From the UHGV virus genome UHGV-0086921: a DNA stretch of 18,433 bases; one strand, 5' to 3'. Of the stretch, positions 9,606 through 17,013 are shown one piece after another. Positions within the stretch are counted from its first letter, which is position 1; each line of letters begins with the position of its first letter. The DNA is from a virus. The position numbers and the translations under genes were made by a program. A model generated the notes under the pieces. The model saw only the letters and a program-made list of their open reading frames with translations, did not search any database and was not told the origin of the DNA.

Positions 9606-9892
9606 GACTTAATCTTCCCCTCCTTCAGCAGTATCGCCTGCGTCCTGATCACGCCTTCGAGGTGGTAAAGTCTGGCGTCTTTGTTGTCGAGAATCATTGT
9701 GCGTCGGTCGATTTCATCGTGACACGCGCTACAAGCCCATGCGCCGATCAGGTCGGCAGGCTTCATTCCCGTTCCGCAAATTCCAGCCATCCGGTAATGT
9801 GCCAGAACTGTAGTTTCAGGATTACCATTGCATACGCCGTAAATACGTACCTGGCATTCTCTGCCGCGCGCTTCTTTGCGTAGGTTAGCCAT
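9602..9892 (-). CDS. DUF1364-family protein (YbcO-like, putative Cys-rich nuclease)
   Basis: 96 aa MANLRKEARGRECQVRI.GVCNGNPETTVLAH...CSACHDEIDRR..., closely resembling the YbcO protein of cryptic lambdoid prophages. Confidence 0.7.
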   Translation of the reverse strand: MANLRKEARGRECQVRIYGVCNGNPETTVLAHYRMAGICGTGMKPADLIGAWACSACHDEIDRRTMILDNKDARLYHLEGVIRTQAILLKEGKIKS

Positions 9893-10614
9893 TAAGCAGC
9901 CTCCCCTGTTACTTTCAGCATTCCGTTATCGAGCAGCTTTCTGGTCAGCCACTGTTGACCACGGCCGGTGATTTTTGTGGTGAACGATATCTGTATTCCG
10001 TGATTTGTGTTGACCGCTGTTTCTTTCACTGTGAAATAGCCGCGCTCCATATATTCCTGCATTGGCACATTGCGCCGGGAACCTGAAGCAATAAGGATTT
10101 TGTGATCGCGCATCCACGCAAACAGTTTGTTTGGACCAATTCCAACAACCTTTGCAAAGTTTCCAATCAAAATTCCGCTGGCCTCGCCAACGCGATCGGC
10201 AAACTCAACTTTAGGTGCGGCAATTGCGAGCTGGTTTTCCAGTTGCATTTTCTGCTCAGCAAGATCAGCAGCAAGGCGCAACGCTTCTGGTAGCGTTTTG
10301 GGGATATTAACCGCAGTTTCTTCAAGCTCTCGCCAGCGGTCAACAAGGCGAGCGGTGAACTCTGGCGACAACTGGGCAACAACAACAATACTATCTCGCT
10401 TACCTTGTTCGCCTTCGAAGACGTAATGCTCGTACTGAACATTGAACCCTAAGTTATTGATTCTTTCGGAAACCTCAATTTGAGGAAGCCGGATAACACC
10501 ATTTTTAGCCAGCGTTTCGATGGTACGTTTCACATTGTCATGACGCTTACCCACCAAATAAGCGATTTCAATGCTTGTCATTTTGATGGCATTGCCATTT
10601 ATTAACTCATTCAT
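9892..10614 (-). CDS. Rha-family phage regulatory protein with C-terminal antirepressor (KilAC/ANT-like) domain
   Basis: 240 aa; N-terminal MTSIEIAYLVGKRHDNVKRTIETL (Rha-like) and C-terminal GNFAKVVGIGPNKLFAWMRDHKIL (ANT-like). GAGGAA RBS upstream of the ATG. Confidence 0.7.
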   Translation of the reverse strand: MNELINGNAIKMTSIEIAYLVGKRHDNVKRTIETLAKNGVIRLPQIEVSERINNLGFNVQYEHYVFEGEQGKRDSIVVVAQLSPEFTARLVDRWRELEETAVNIPKTLPEALRLAADLAEQKMQLENQLAIAAPKVEFADRVGEASGILIGNFAKVVGIGPNKLFAWMRDHKILIASGSRRNVPMQEYMERGYFTVKETAVNTNHGIQISFTTKITGRGQQWLTRKLLDNGMLKVTGEAA

Positions 10615-10777
10615 CGTCTTCTTCCTCGTACATTGAGCTATTCGGATCGCTCATCAGTTCTGCGCAGCAATCGGAGCACACGTGAACTTCCAGCACATGC
10701 AGCTTCTGACCGCAGTTAGCGCACGTTAAAGCCCGCTCGACGCTTTCTTGTTCGTAACTTCGATTTGGGTCAATCAC
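10607..10777 (-). CDS. ninF: NinF-like small Cys-rich protein (not in the ORF track; GTG start)
   Basis: Hand translation gives 56 aa: (M)[55 protein letters not shown]. The GTG start overlaps the NinE stop (GTGA). Matches my memory of lambda NinF (orf56). Confidence 0.55.
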   Translation of the reverse strand: MIDPNRSYEQESVERALTCANCGQKLHVLEVHVCSDCCAELMSDPNSSMYEEEDDE

Positions 10778-10956
10778 CTTGTTTTCCTCGCACGTTCTCT
10801 AAGCCACCGGATATCCCACAGGTGAGCCGTGTAGTTGAAGGTTTTTACGTCAGATTCTTTTGGGATTGGCTTGCGTTTATTTCTGGAGCGTTTCGTTGGA
10901 AGGTATTTGCAGTTTTCACAGATGATGTCGGTGATACTTCGTCGCTGTCGTCTCAT
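10774..10956 (-). CDS. ninE: NinE
   Basis: 60 aa from the internal ATG: [60 protein letters not shown], as in lambda NinE. ATGA overlap with the upstream methyltransferase stop. Confidence 0.7.
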   Translation of the reverse strand: MRRQRRSITDIICENCKYLPTKRSRNKRKPIPKESDVKTFNYTAHLWDIRWLRERARKTR

Positions 10957-11483
10957 GCCGCCCTCCTGACGCCCTGCCCGATCGCCATCAATGCCGCTTT
11001 GGATACGGTAGTAAACATCCGTCGAGGACTGATGAACGGTCGCCAAATCAGCAGCATGGAGCCTTTGCTGTTTCCCTTCTTCTCCAGCCCTGTCGATGGT
11101 TCGATAAAATTAATCCGTCCATCAGTGATAATGCGAACTTCGTCGACACTCTCCAGAGCCTTGCTGAACCATCCGACAGACATATCCTCTGGCACAAGCA
11201 TCACTACCGTCTGTCGCTGTTGTATGCACTGCTCAGCTGCTTTTTCCACCCACGGCCTGATATTGCTGTACGGTGGGTTATTCCAGATTGCACCGTGACT
11301 TACCCACTCAGAATTGAGCGCGTCGTCGGCCTCAGTTAGCCAGTGAGCGCACAGAGCATTTTTGTCGCTCGCTGCCGAATCCAGCCAGAATCCAAACTCA
11401 ATATCCAGTGCATCAAAAAGCCAGAGCGGCGTTTGCCAGCAGTCTCTAACTTCTTTTGGTGTTTCTGATTTATGCTTAATCAT
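10953..11483 (-). CDS. Phage DNA N6-adenine methyltransferase (Dam-type orphan MTase)
   Basis: 176 aa with the NPPY catalytic motif ([11 protein letters not shown]) and the N-terminal [12 protein letters not shown] pattern typical of the phage Dam family. Confidence 0.8.
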   Translation of the reverse strand: MIKHKSETPKEVRDCWQTPLWLFDALDIEFGFWLDSAASDKNALCAHWLTEADDALNSEWVSHGAIWNNPPYSNIRPWVEKAAEQCIQQRQTVVMLVPEDMSVGWFSKALESVDEVRIITDGRINFIEPSTGLEKKGNSKGSMLLIWRPFISPRRMFTTVSKAALMAIGQGVRRAA

Positions 11484-12007
11484 TCACCCCTCGCATATTG
11501 TCCGTGATATTTGTTGATAGCCTCACTGGCAACCAAACCAGCAAGCTCAAGATCTTCATAGAACCCAAAATGCAACCGGCCAAAATCTGTGCGCACTTGA
11601 ACGGCCCATTTATTTTTTTGCTTGTTCCATAAAACATTTTTTATTCCAGAACGGCTATTGCACTTAGTTTTCTGATTTCGGCTGTTTGCTATCCGGCTTG
11701 CCTCCCTAAGATTTTTTGGGGAATTGTCCAGCCTGTTTCCGTTAATATGGTCAATATTTTTCAATGGCATTCTTTTGTTGTGCAGCGCAAAAACAACTAC
11801 GTGAACAAACATCTGAATGCCTGCAAAACACACCTGTCTATACCCAGATCCATTTATCGATGTTTTAATTTCATCTCCGGCCCGGTGGCTGTGGTTGGGG
11901 TGTTTTAGCGAGTCCTTTTTGTATCTGACTGTATCTCCGTCTAAATACAGATAATCCTCAATAAGCCGATACCTATCTGACGCTGGCGTATTTGATTTGA
12001 TAGTCAT
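11480..12007 (-). CDS. HNH endonuclease with AP2-like DNA-binding domain (homing-endonuclease type)
   Basis: 176 aa from the internal ATG (MTIKSNTPASDRYRL...); HNH motif IDHINGNRLDNSPKNLREASRIANSRN followed by an AP2-like segment (NKWAVQVRTDFGRLHFGFYEDLELAGLVASEAINKYHG). ATGA overlap with the ninB stop. Confidence 0.75.
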   Translation of the reverse strand: MTIKSNTPASDRYRLIEDYLYLDGDTVRYKKDSLKHPNHSHRAGDEIKTSINGSGYRQVCFAGIQMFVHVVVFALHNKRMPLKNIDHINGNRLDNSPKNLREASRIANSRNQKTKCNSRSGIKNVLWNKQKNKWAVQVRTDFGRLHFGFYEDLELAGLVASEAINKYHGQYARGE

Positions 12008-12444
12008 GCAGCCCGATCTCCCCATCGCGCTTTCCATTCGAGAGCCAGTCGCGCTTCGTCTGACCACTTAACGCCACGCTCTGTACCGAATGCCTGTATA
12101 AGCTCTAATAGCTCCGCAAATTCGCTTACACGCATCCTGCTGGTTGACTGGCCTATTACCACAAAGCCATTCCCGGCAAGGTTAGGAACAACATCCTGCT
12201 GCTTTAATGCTGCGGTAAACACACACTTCCAGCTTTCTGCATCCAGCCAGCGCCCATGCCATTCAACCTGACGAGAGACGTCACCAAGGCAAGCCCAAAG
12301 CTTTCGATTCTGGTCTAAGCTGCGGTTGCGTTCCTGAATGGTTACTACGATTGGTTTGGTTGGGTCTGGAAGAATTTGCTGTACCGCGTGAATAGCGTTT
12401 TGCTGATGTGCTGGAGATCGAATTTCAAAGGTTAGTTTTTTCAT
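12004..12444 (-). CDS. ninB: NinB (Orf recombination mediator)
   Basis: 146 aa from MKKLTFEIRSPAHQQNAIHAVQQILPDPTKPIVVTIQERNRSLDQNRKLWACLGDVSRQVEWHGRWLDAESWK..., essentially lambda NinB as I recall it. Confidence 0.9.
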   Translation of the reverse strand: MKKLTFEIRSPAHQQNAIHAVQQILPDPTKPIVVTIQERNRSLDQNRKLWACLGDVSRQVEWHGRWLDAESWKCVFTAALKQQDVVPNLAGNGFVVIGQSTSRMRVSEFAELLELIQAFGTERGVKWSDEARLALEWKARWGDRAA

Positions 12445-12481
12445 GACTTCCCTCTCCCCCAAATAAAAAGGCCTGCGATTA

Positions 12482-12511
12482 CCAGCAGGCCTGTTATTAG
12501 CTCAGTGATGT
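12482..12511 (-). terminator. tR2-like intrinsic terminator between the replication and nin modules
   Basis: Minus strand: 7-8 bp perfect stem (GGCCTGC / GCAGGCC) with an 8 nt loop, followed directly by TTTTTATTTGG. Same position as tR2 in lambda. Confidence 0.6.
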
Positions 12512-12520
12512 AGATGGTCA

Positions 12521-13957
12521 TCAGAATCCCCCTTTCTTCTTGGACTGCGGTTCCTTGCGTTCACGGCGGCGAATTTCAGCAGACTGTTGGTCTGTGTCAT
12601 AAATAGCGCCATTTGCCTGAATGCAATACACCGTACCGGTATTGCCATGACGATTGAGACGAAGGATTAGTTCGGTTTCACCAGGTGGAACACTGTCATC
12701 AAAAGCGCCTTCACGATGGATCCCAACCCAATAATCGCAATCCTGTTCAATCTGCCCTGTATCTCGTGAGTCACTTGGTAATGGGCGTTTATTGGTTCGG
12801 CTTTCCAGTGCGCGGTTAAGCTGCGTCAGAAGCACAACAACGCAATCAAGCTCTTTGGCAAGGTTCTTCAGTCCTTTGGTGATCATGCCGTAAGCAAGGT
12901 CGTTGCGATCGGCCTTCTCAGCGGTCATTAGTGTCAGGTAATCGACCAGAATCATGCCAACACATCCTTTTTCTCGCTTGATTCGACGGCTTTCGCTGAC
13001 GATTTGAGCCAGAGATAATCCCGGCGTGTCGTCGATGTAAAGCATGTCGATTTCACTCAAGCGATTAGCTGTTTCGATCGCCCTGTTGAAGGCACCATCG
13101 TAATCACCCTGATAGCCGTCATCAGCGTCATTTGTCGCCGGAAGGTAAAAAATATTCGGGTTAACACCAGACTTCTGCCCTACCAGTTTTTCCAGTATCT
13201 GATCACCTGGCATTTCAAGGCTGAACATCAAAGCGGGCTTTTTCTCATGCACTGCGCAATTGATTGCCATCTGGCTGTATAGCGTCGTTTTCCCCATCTT
13301 AGGGCGAGCGCCAATGACAAACAGAGAGCCTTTCACCAGACCTTTCGGTGACAGCATCCTGTCCAGCGATGGGATCCCTGTGCTCATTCCCCGTTGTTCG
13401 CCTGATGGGTCAAATCGCTTCTCAAGGTCGCTAACCCAGTCTTCCATGACCTCACCAAATGAACGAAGGCCGCGACGCGATCCGGTTTTTGCATGGTCTG
13501 TCAGTTGCGTGAAAATCGCCTGAATAGCTTCGTACTTCTGCGTTGCAGTCATTCCGTTGCGGGAATAGAGCAATTCCGTCGCTTCAGTCATGCGGTTGAT
13601 GGCGTAGCGTTCCATTGCGGTTTCACGAACCTGCATTGCATAGGCAACGATGTTTGCTGCGCTTGGCGTGTTCTTTGCGATCTCAGCGATATAAGCAAAA
13701 CCGCCAACAGACGCCGTTAACGATTTACGCTCCAGTTCATCGAAAAGCGTCAGGCCATCTACTGGCTTTTGCTCCCGGTGCATTCTGGTTATTTCTTCGA
13801 AAAGGATTTTGTGTGGTCGGCCGTAAAATGAATCAGGCTTCAGCATCGCCAGAACTTTCCGGACGCGCTCACTGCTGTCATCATCCAGAAGCAATCCACC
13901 AATCACCGCCTGCTCTGCCTCGATGCTATGGGGCGGCGCATAAAAATTATCGGTCAT
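12521..13957 (-). CDS. Replicative DNA helicase, DnaB family (P22 gp12-type)
   Basis: About 478 aa with Walker A GARPKMGKT, Walker B MILVDYL, and the DnaB-like N-terminal domain (IEAEQAVIGGLLLD). Preferred start MTDNFYAPP; overlaps the upstream gene stop. Confidence 0.9.
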   Translation of the reverse strand: MTDNFYAPPHSIEAEQAVIGGLLLDDDSSERVRKVLAMLKPDSFYGRPHKILFEEITRMHREQKPVDGLTLFDELERKSLTASVGGFAYIAEIAKNTPSAANIVAYAMQVRETAMERYAINRMTEATELLYSRNGMTATQKYEAIQAIFTQLTDHAKTGSRRGLRSFGEVMEDWVSDLEKRFDPSGEQRGMSTGIPSLDRMLSPKGLVKGSLFVIGARPKMGKTTLYSQMAINCAVHEKKPALMFSLEMPGDQILEKLVGQKSGVNPNIFYLPATNDADDGYQGDYDGAFNRAIETANRLSEIDMLYIDDTPGLSLAQIVSESRRIKREKGCVGMILVDYLTLMTAEKADRNDLAYGMITKGLKNLAKELDCVVVLLTQLNRALESRTNKRPLPSDSRDTGQIEQDCDYWVGIHREGAFDDSVPPGETELILRLNRHGNTGTVYCIQANGAIYDTDQQSAEIRRRERKEPQSKKKGGF

Positions 13958-14846
13958 CGTGTTCACCCTCACGAACTTTCAGGTAGGTATTATCGTTAAG
14001 CAGGAAATCAAATCCCTTTTTGTGCCAGACGGTTCCGCGCTGATGGTTTGGGCGCTCTTCGAACATCCATCGGCAATTTTCGCCTACGTAGCTCAAATAA
14101 TTTCTCCAGTCCTGCATCGTGAAACCATGCCCGTCAAGCTGTCGGGTTATCACTCCGGCTTTGCGCCAGAACGTTCGGATCTGGTTTTTACGCTTGTCAT
14201 TCAGTGCGCGGATTCTTGGCGCTTCAGGAAGGATTTCGTGGTAAGCATCGACAACATCCTGACAGCTGACGGAAGGTTTTTTCTTGTCAGACTTTTTGTC
14301 TGCTGTGGCACTCTCTAATACGTCAGTATTAGAGATAATATTATTATATTCTTTATCTGTGGTAATTTGCTGGTAATCTGCTGGTACAGTATTGCTTGCA
14401 GGCATTGGTATTGCTGGCTTTGAGGTGGTAATTTGCTGGTAATCTGCTGGTACAAAATTTGACTGATAATCGTCATATTTCTCTACCGAGAAAACTGAGA
14501 ATTTACCGTGTGAAACCCAGTCAATCATGCCGAGTTTTTTGAACTTTCTAAGCAGGTACTGAACGCGATCTGGTTTGAGTCCTGTTTCAAACGCCAGAGT
14601 ATTTCTACCGCCAAGTAGCTTCCCTCTGCCTACCAGAATTTCTCCTGCGTCAGTCATTACATACTCAGGCGTATGCTTTGCTTTGAGGATTAAGTGAACC
14701 CACAGATGCGCAGTTTCTGCGTCCTTGTAAAACGGCACATCCATAATTTTACGGTGCAGCAAGGCATACCCCTTACCGCTGCTTTGATGCGGTTGTTGTA
14801 GCCTTCTGGCCTCTCTGGCTTCGGCTAGATTAGATATGTTACTCAT
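13947..14846 (-). CDS. Replication initiation protein (O-like / P22 gp18-like), with origin iterons inside the gene
   Basis: 299 aa ORF directly upstream of the helicase gene. It contains tandem peptide repeats ([10 protein letters not shown] x2) encoded by DNA direct repeats, the hallmark of lambdoid initiators whose ori lies within the gene. Confidence 0.75.
   Translation of the reverse strand: MSNISNLAEAREARRLQQPHQSSGKGYALLHRKIMDVPFYKDAETAHLWVHLILKAKHTPEYVMTDAGEILVGRGKLLGGRNTLAFETGLKPDRVQYLLRKFKKLGMIDWVSHGKFSVFSVEKYDDYQSNFVPADYQQITTSKPAIPMPASNTVPADYQQITTDKEYNNIISNTDVLESATADKKSDKKKPSVSCQDVVDAYHEILPEAPRIRALNDKRKNQIRTFWRKAGVITRQLDGHGFTMQDWRNYLSYVGENCRWMFEERPNHQRGTVWHKKGFDFLLNDNTYLKVREGEHDDR
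14355..14455. repeat. Origin-of-replication iteron array inside the initiator gene
   Basis: Two roughly 30 bp direct repeats GTGGTAATTTGCTGGTAATCTGCTGGTACA (about 14358-14389 and 14423-14454) built from CTGGTAAT-type sub-repeats, flanked by an AT-rich stretch around 14320-14360. Confidence 0.55.
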
Positions 14847-14985
14847 GACCTTTCTCCTTCTGCATCAGCTTCACTTTTTCCAACTCAGCCCGGAATCGAC
14901 CAGGCTGCTTGAAGCTGGACAGGAAGCGATCACGTAGTATGTGTTTGTGAATTTTGTCCTGGTAAGGACTGAGTTGTTTTGTCAT
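14839..14985 (-). CDS. Small hypothetical protein (48 aa) between cII and the initiator gene
   Basis: Hand translation: [48 protein letters not shown], with an AGGAG RBS 5 nt upstream. Its stop overlaps the initiator start. No recognised family. Confidence 0.35.
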   Translation of the reverse strand: MTKQLSPYQDKIHKHILRDRFLSSFKQPGRFRAELEKVKLMQKEKGHE

Positions 14986-14989
14986 AATG

Positions 14990-15062
14990 ACTCCTGTTGA
15001 TAGATCCAGTCTTTCTACATCAGGCCTCGAAGAATTCGCCGTTCTTCGGGGCTTTTTCTTTT
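14990..15062 (+). ncRNA. oop-like antisense RNA (terminator well supported; promoter tentative)
   Basis: Plus-strand intrinsic terminator at about 15024-15062: 11 bp stem GCCTCGAAGAA / TTCTTCGGGGC followed by TTTTTCTTTT, antisense to and overlapping the cII 3' end, exactly as lambda oop does. Candidate -10 CATAAT at about 14983-14988. Confidence 0.45.
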
Positions 15063-15298
15063 GTCAGCATTCTGGCTACTTTCTTAGCCAGTTCCGCCAA
15101 CTCCTCGTCTTCAACACCCCATTCAAGAACAGCCAGAAGCATTCCCATTTTTGGGATGAAGCTGTCTTTCCATCGCGAAATTTGCGATTCATTAATCCCT
15201 AACGCGTCGGCAACCTTTCGCTGACCACGTACAGCAATTCGATTCAGGATGTTGCTTGTAATTGCATTCGCTTTCTTGCGAGTACTTGTAAGTTGCAT
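15020..15298 (-). CDS. cII: Transcriptional activator CII
   Basis: 92 aa from [62 protein letters not shown]..., with the lambda CII signature ([25 protein letters not shown]). The translation-initiation region AAGGAAATACTTACAT-ATG is lambda-like. Confidence 0.85.
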   Translation of the reverse strand: MQLTSTRKKANAITSNILNRIAVRGQRKVADALGINESQISRWKDSFIPKMGMLLAVLEWGVEDEELAELAKKVARMLTKEKAPKNGEFFEA

Positions 15299-15356
15299 AT
15301 GTAAGTATTTCCTTAACAAATAAGAAGTTATGCGCATCAAATTATGCGCGTTGTAT

Positions 15357-15400
15357 TCCCGCATTTCGGCGGGAATGAGGACCATGACTGTTAAAGAGCG
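15357..15400 (-). promoter_or_regulatory. nutR (boxA + boxB) N-utilisation site
   Basis: On the minus transcript, boxA CGCTCTTTAACAG is followed by the boxB hairpin UCCCGC-CGAAAU-GCGGGA, immediately downstream of cro. An identical boxB is present in nutL. Confidence 0.6.
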
Positions 15401-15408
15401 GGTACTGC

Positions 15409-15627
15409 TTAGGCGGCTTTGTTACTGGATGGAGGGAAAACATCATCCAAAGAACATTGGCACCCTAACTTCCTGAGGCCTTCTACGATCATTCGGCAAT
15501 CGTTAAGGCCAGGAGTACGGATATTCAGCTCATAGTTGGCGATGCGGGATTGCCCCCAACCAATTGCTGAAGCTAGTACAGCTTGCGAAACTCCGATTTT
15601 TTTTCGCTGCTGGGCAATTTTGTTCAT
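15409..15627 (-). CDS. cro: Cro-like HTH repressor (434/P22-type Cro)
   Basis: 72 aa from MNKIAQQRKKIGVSQAVLASAIGWGQSRIANYELN... (HTH_XRE-like), with a GGGAGA RBS. It is the first gene transcribed from the pR-like promoter, divergent from cI. Confidence 0.8.
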   Translation of the reverse strand: MNKIAQQRKKIGVSQAVLASAIGWGQSRIANYELNIRTPGLNDCRMIVEGLRKLGCQCSLDDVFPPSSNKAA

Positions 15628-15639
15628 TGCGGTCTCCCT

Positions 15640-15735
15640 AGCATTAATCACACACCCATTACACACAATTTGTGATTAACAGTCAACCTCAATTCGTGTA
15701 CAGAGTTCAATCACGTTGCGTGTTACATTTAAGGG
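15640..15735. promoter_or_regulatory. Right operator/promoter region (OR with pR and pRM)
   Basis: Divergent cI/cro intergenic region. Minus-strand pR reads TTGACT (about 15681-15686), 17 bp spacer, TGTAAT (about 15658-15663). Repeated AATCACA/TGTGATT operator half-sites (TTAATCACA at about 15644; TGTGATTAA at about 15671; AATCACG at about 15709). Possible pRM -10 TACATT ending at the cI ATG, implying a leaderless cI mRNA. Confidence 0.6.
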
Positions 15736-16383
15736 ATGAAAACGATGCATGAAATTATCGGGGAAAGGATCAAGTCCCTTAGAGAAGCTAAAGGACTTAG
15801 CCAGGCTCAATTGGCCAAGCTTTGCGGCTGGGCTGCGCCTTCACGCCTGGGGAACTACGAGTTAGGAACAAGAAAGGTTAGCGCGGATGACGCGCTGGTT
15901 CTTGGGGCGGCACTCGGCGTATCTCCGGCAAAAATAATGTTTGGCGAGGATTCAGACGCCGTATTTCGCCAATATGAATACCCGTTATTTTCTTCAGTGC
16001 AGGCCGGGCCATTTTCGGAGGTGGGAAGCTACACAGCCAGCGATGCAAAGGCATGGGTCCCAACGACCACAAAAGCCAGCGAAAAAGCTTTCTGGCTTGA
16101 GGTGAAGGGGCATTCAATGACGGCGCCTCAGGGGGTTCGTCCAAGTTTTCCGGAAGGCATGCTGATACTCGTTGATCCGGCTGAGCCGGTAGAGTCTGGG
16201 GATTTCTGCGTGGCTTCTGCAAATGGTGATTCAGAGGCAACGTTCAAGAAGTATGAGAAGGATGCAGGGGTTAGTTACCTGGTACCTTTAAACCCGGCAT
16301 ATAGAACACTGGATTGCGACCATAGCTGCCGCATCATAGGCAAGGTAGTTAAGGCGCAGTGGCCTGAAGAGACGTTTGGCTGA
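15736..16383 (+). CDS. cI: CI prophage repressor (LexA-like S24 autopeptidase family)
   Basis: 215 aa with an N-terminal HTH ([12 protein letters not shown]...) and C-terminal S24 features (VKGHSMTAP... Ser nucleophile, and a later Lys in IGKVVK). An in-frame alternative start at 15745 has an AAGGG RBS. Confidence 0.9.
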   Translation: MKTMHEIIGERIKSLREAKGLSQAQLAKLCGWAAPSRLGNYELGTRKVSADDALVLGAALGVSPAKIMFGEDSDAVFRQYEYPLFSSVQAGPFSEVGSYTASDAKAWVPTTTKASEKAFWLEVKGHSMTAPQGVRPSFPEGMLILVDPAEPVESGDFCVASANGDSEATFKKYEKDAGVSYLVPLNPAYRTLDCDHSCRIIGKVVKAQWPEETFG

Positions 16384-16533
16384 TCGGCAAGGTGTTCTGG
16401 TCGGCGCATAGCTGGTGAAAAAATTATTTAATGCGGTGTATTGGCTGATTGTAACCCCATGTAACATCTTGCCGTCACCATTTCGGTGGTTAGATTTTTA
16501 ATAAAAAAAAACAAATGTATAGCAAGGTTTTTT

Positions 16534-17013
16534 ATGGATAAAATTAATTACCCACCCCTGTTTGAGCCAGGGTTCCATGACATGGATGAAGCTGGATTAA
16601 AATCGTATTGTGTCGATTGCTTTCCTTCATCATCCAGGCGAGGCATGCTATACTGTAATTTTATACAGCTACTCGAATCTATTCGAGAATTATCTGCTCA
16701 ATATGGCTGTTTTACAGAAATATGGGTTGATGGTTCATACACCACGTCTAAACCAGAGCCTGATGATATTGATATTTTGTTGGTATGTGACTATAGCAAT
16801 ATAAACTCAATACCTGTCATGCTTCGGGGCCGCGTCGATAATTTGCTTGACCGAAACTACATCAAACAAAACTACAAAATTGATGTCCTACTACTCATGA
16901 AGAATTTAGATGACCCTAACTATGATTATGAGTACTGGCGTAGCTACTGGCGCGGTTGGTTTGGTTTTGATCGCAGTGAAAACCCGAAAGGGTTAGTGAG
17001 GATTTTTTTATGA
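16534..17013 (+). CDS. Predicted minimal nucleotidyltransferase-fold protein (Pol-beta superfamily-like), cargo gene A
   Basis: 159 aa from MDKINYPPLF... (the track ORF starts at an upstream GTG in an A/T run, less likely). Motif EIWVDGSYTTSKPEPDDIDILLV fits the NTase GS-x(9-13)-DxD signature. AAGG RBS; AT-rich codon usage unlike the surrounding phage genes. Confidence 0.55.
   Translation: MDKINYPPLFEPGFHDMDEAGLKSYCVDCFPSSSRRGMLYCNFIQLLESIRELSAQYGCFTEIWVDGSYTTSKPEPDDIDILLVCDYSNINSIPVMLRGRVDNLLDRNYIKQNYKIDVLLLMKNLDDPNYDYEYWRSYWRGWFGFDRSENPKGLVRIFL

Noticed and set aside
14355-14455. Direct repeats that could be mistaken for a CRISPR array
   Set aside because: Only two long copies, made of short sub-repeats, inside a replication-initiator gene and next to an AT-rich stretch; this is an iteron origin, not repeat-spacer architecture. 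No cas genes are present.
16486-16533. Upstream GTG-initiated extension of gene A (MVRFLIKKNKCIARFF)
   Set aside because: The extension is encoded by an A/T homopolymer-rich tract typical of intergenic promoter DNA, whereas the internal ATG has an AAGG RBS at good spacing.
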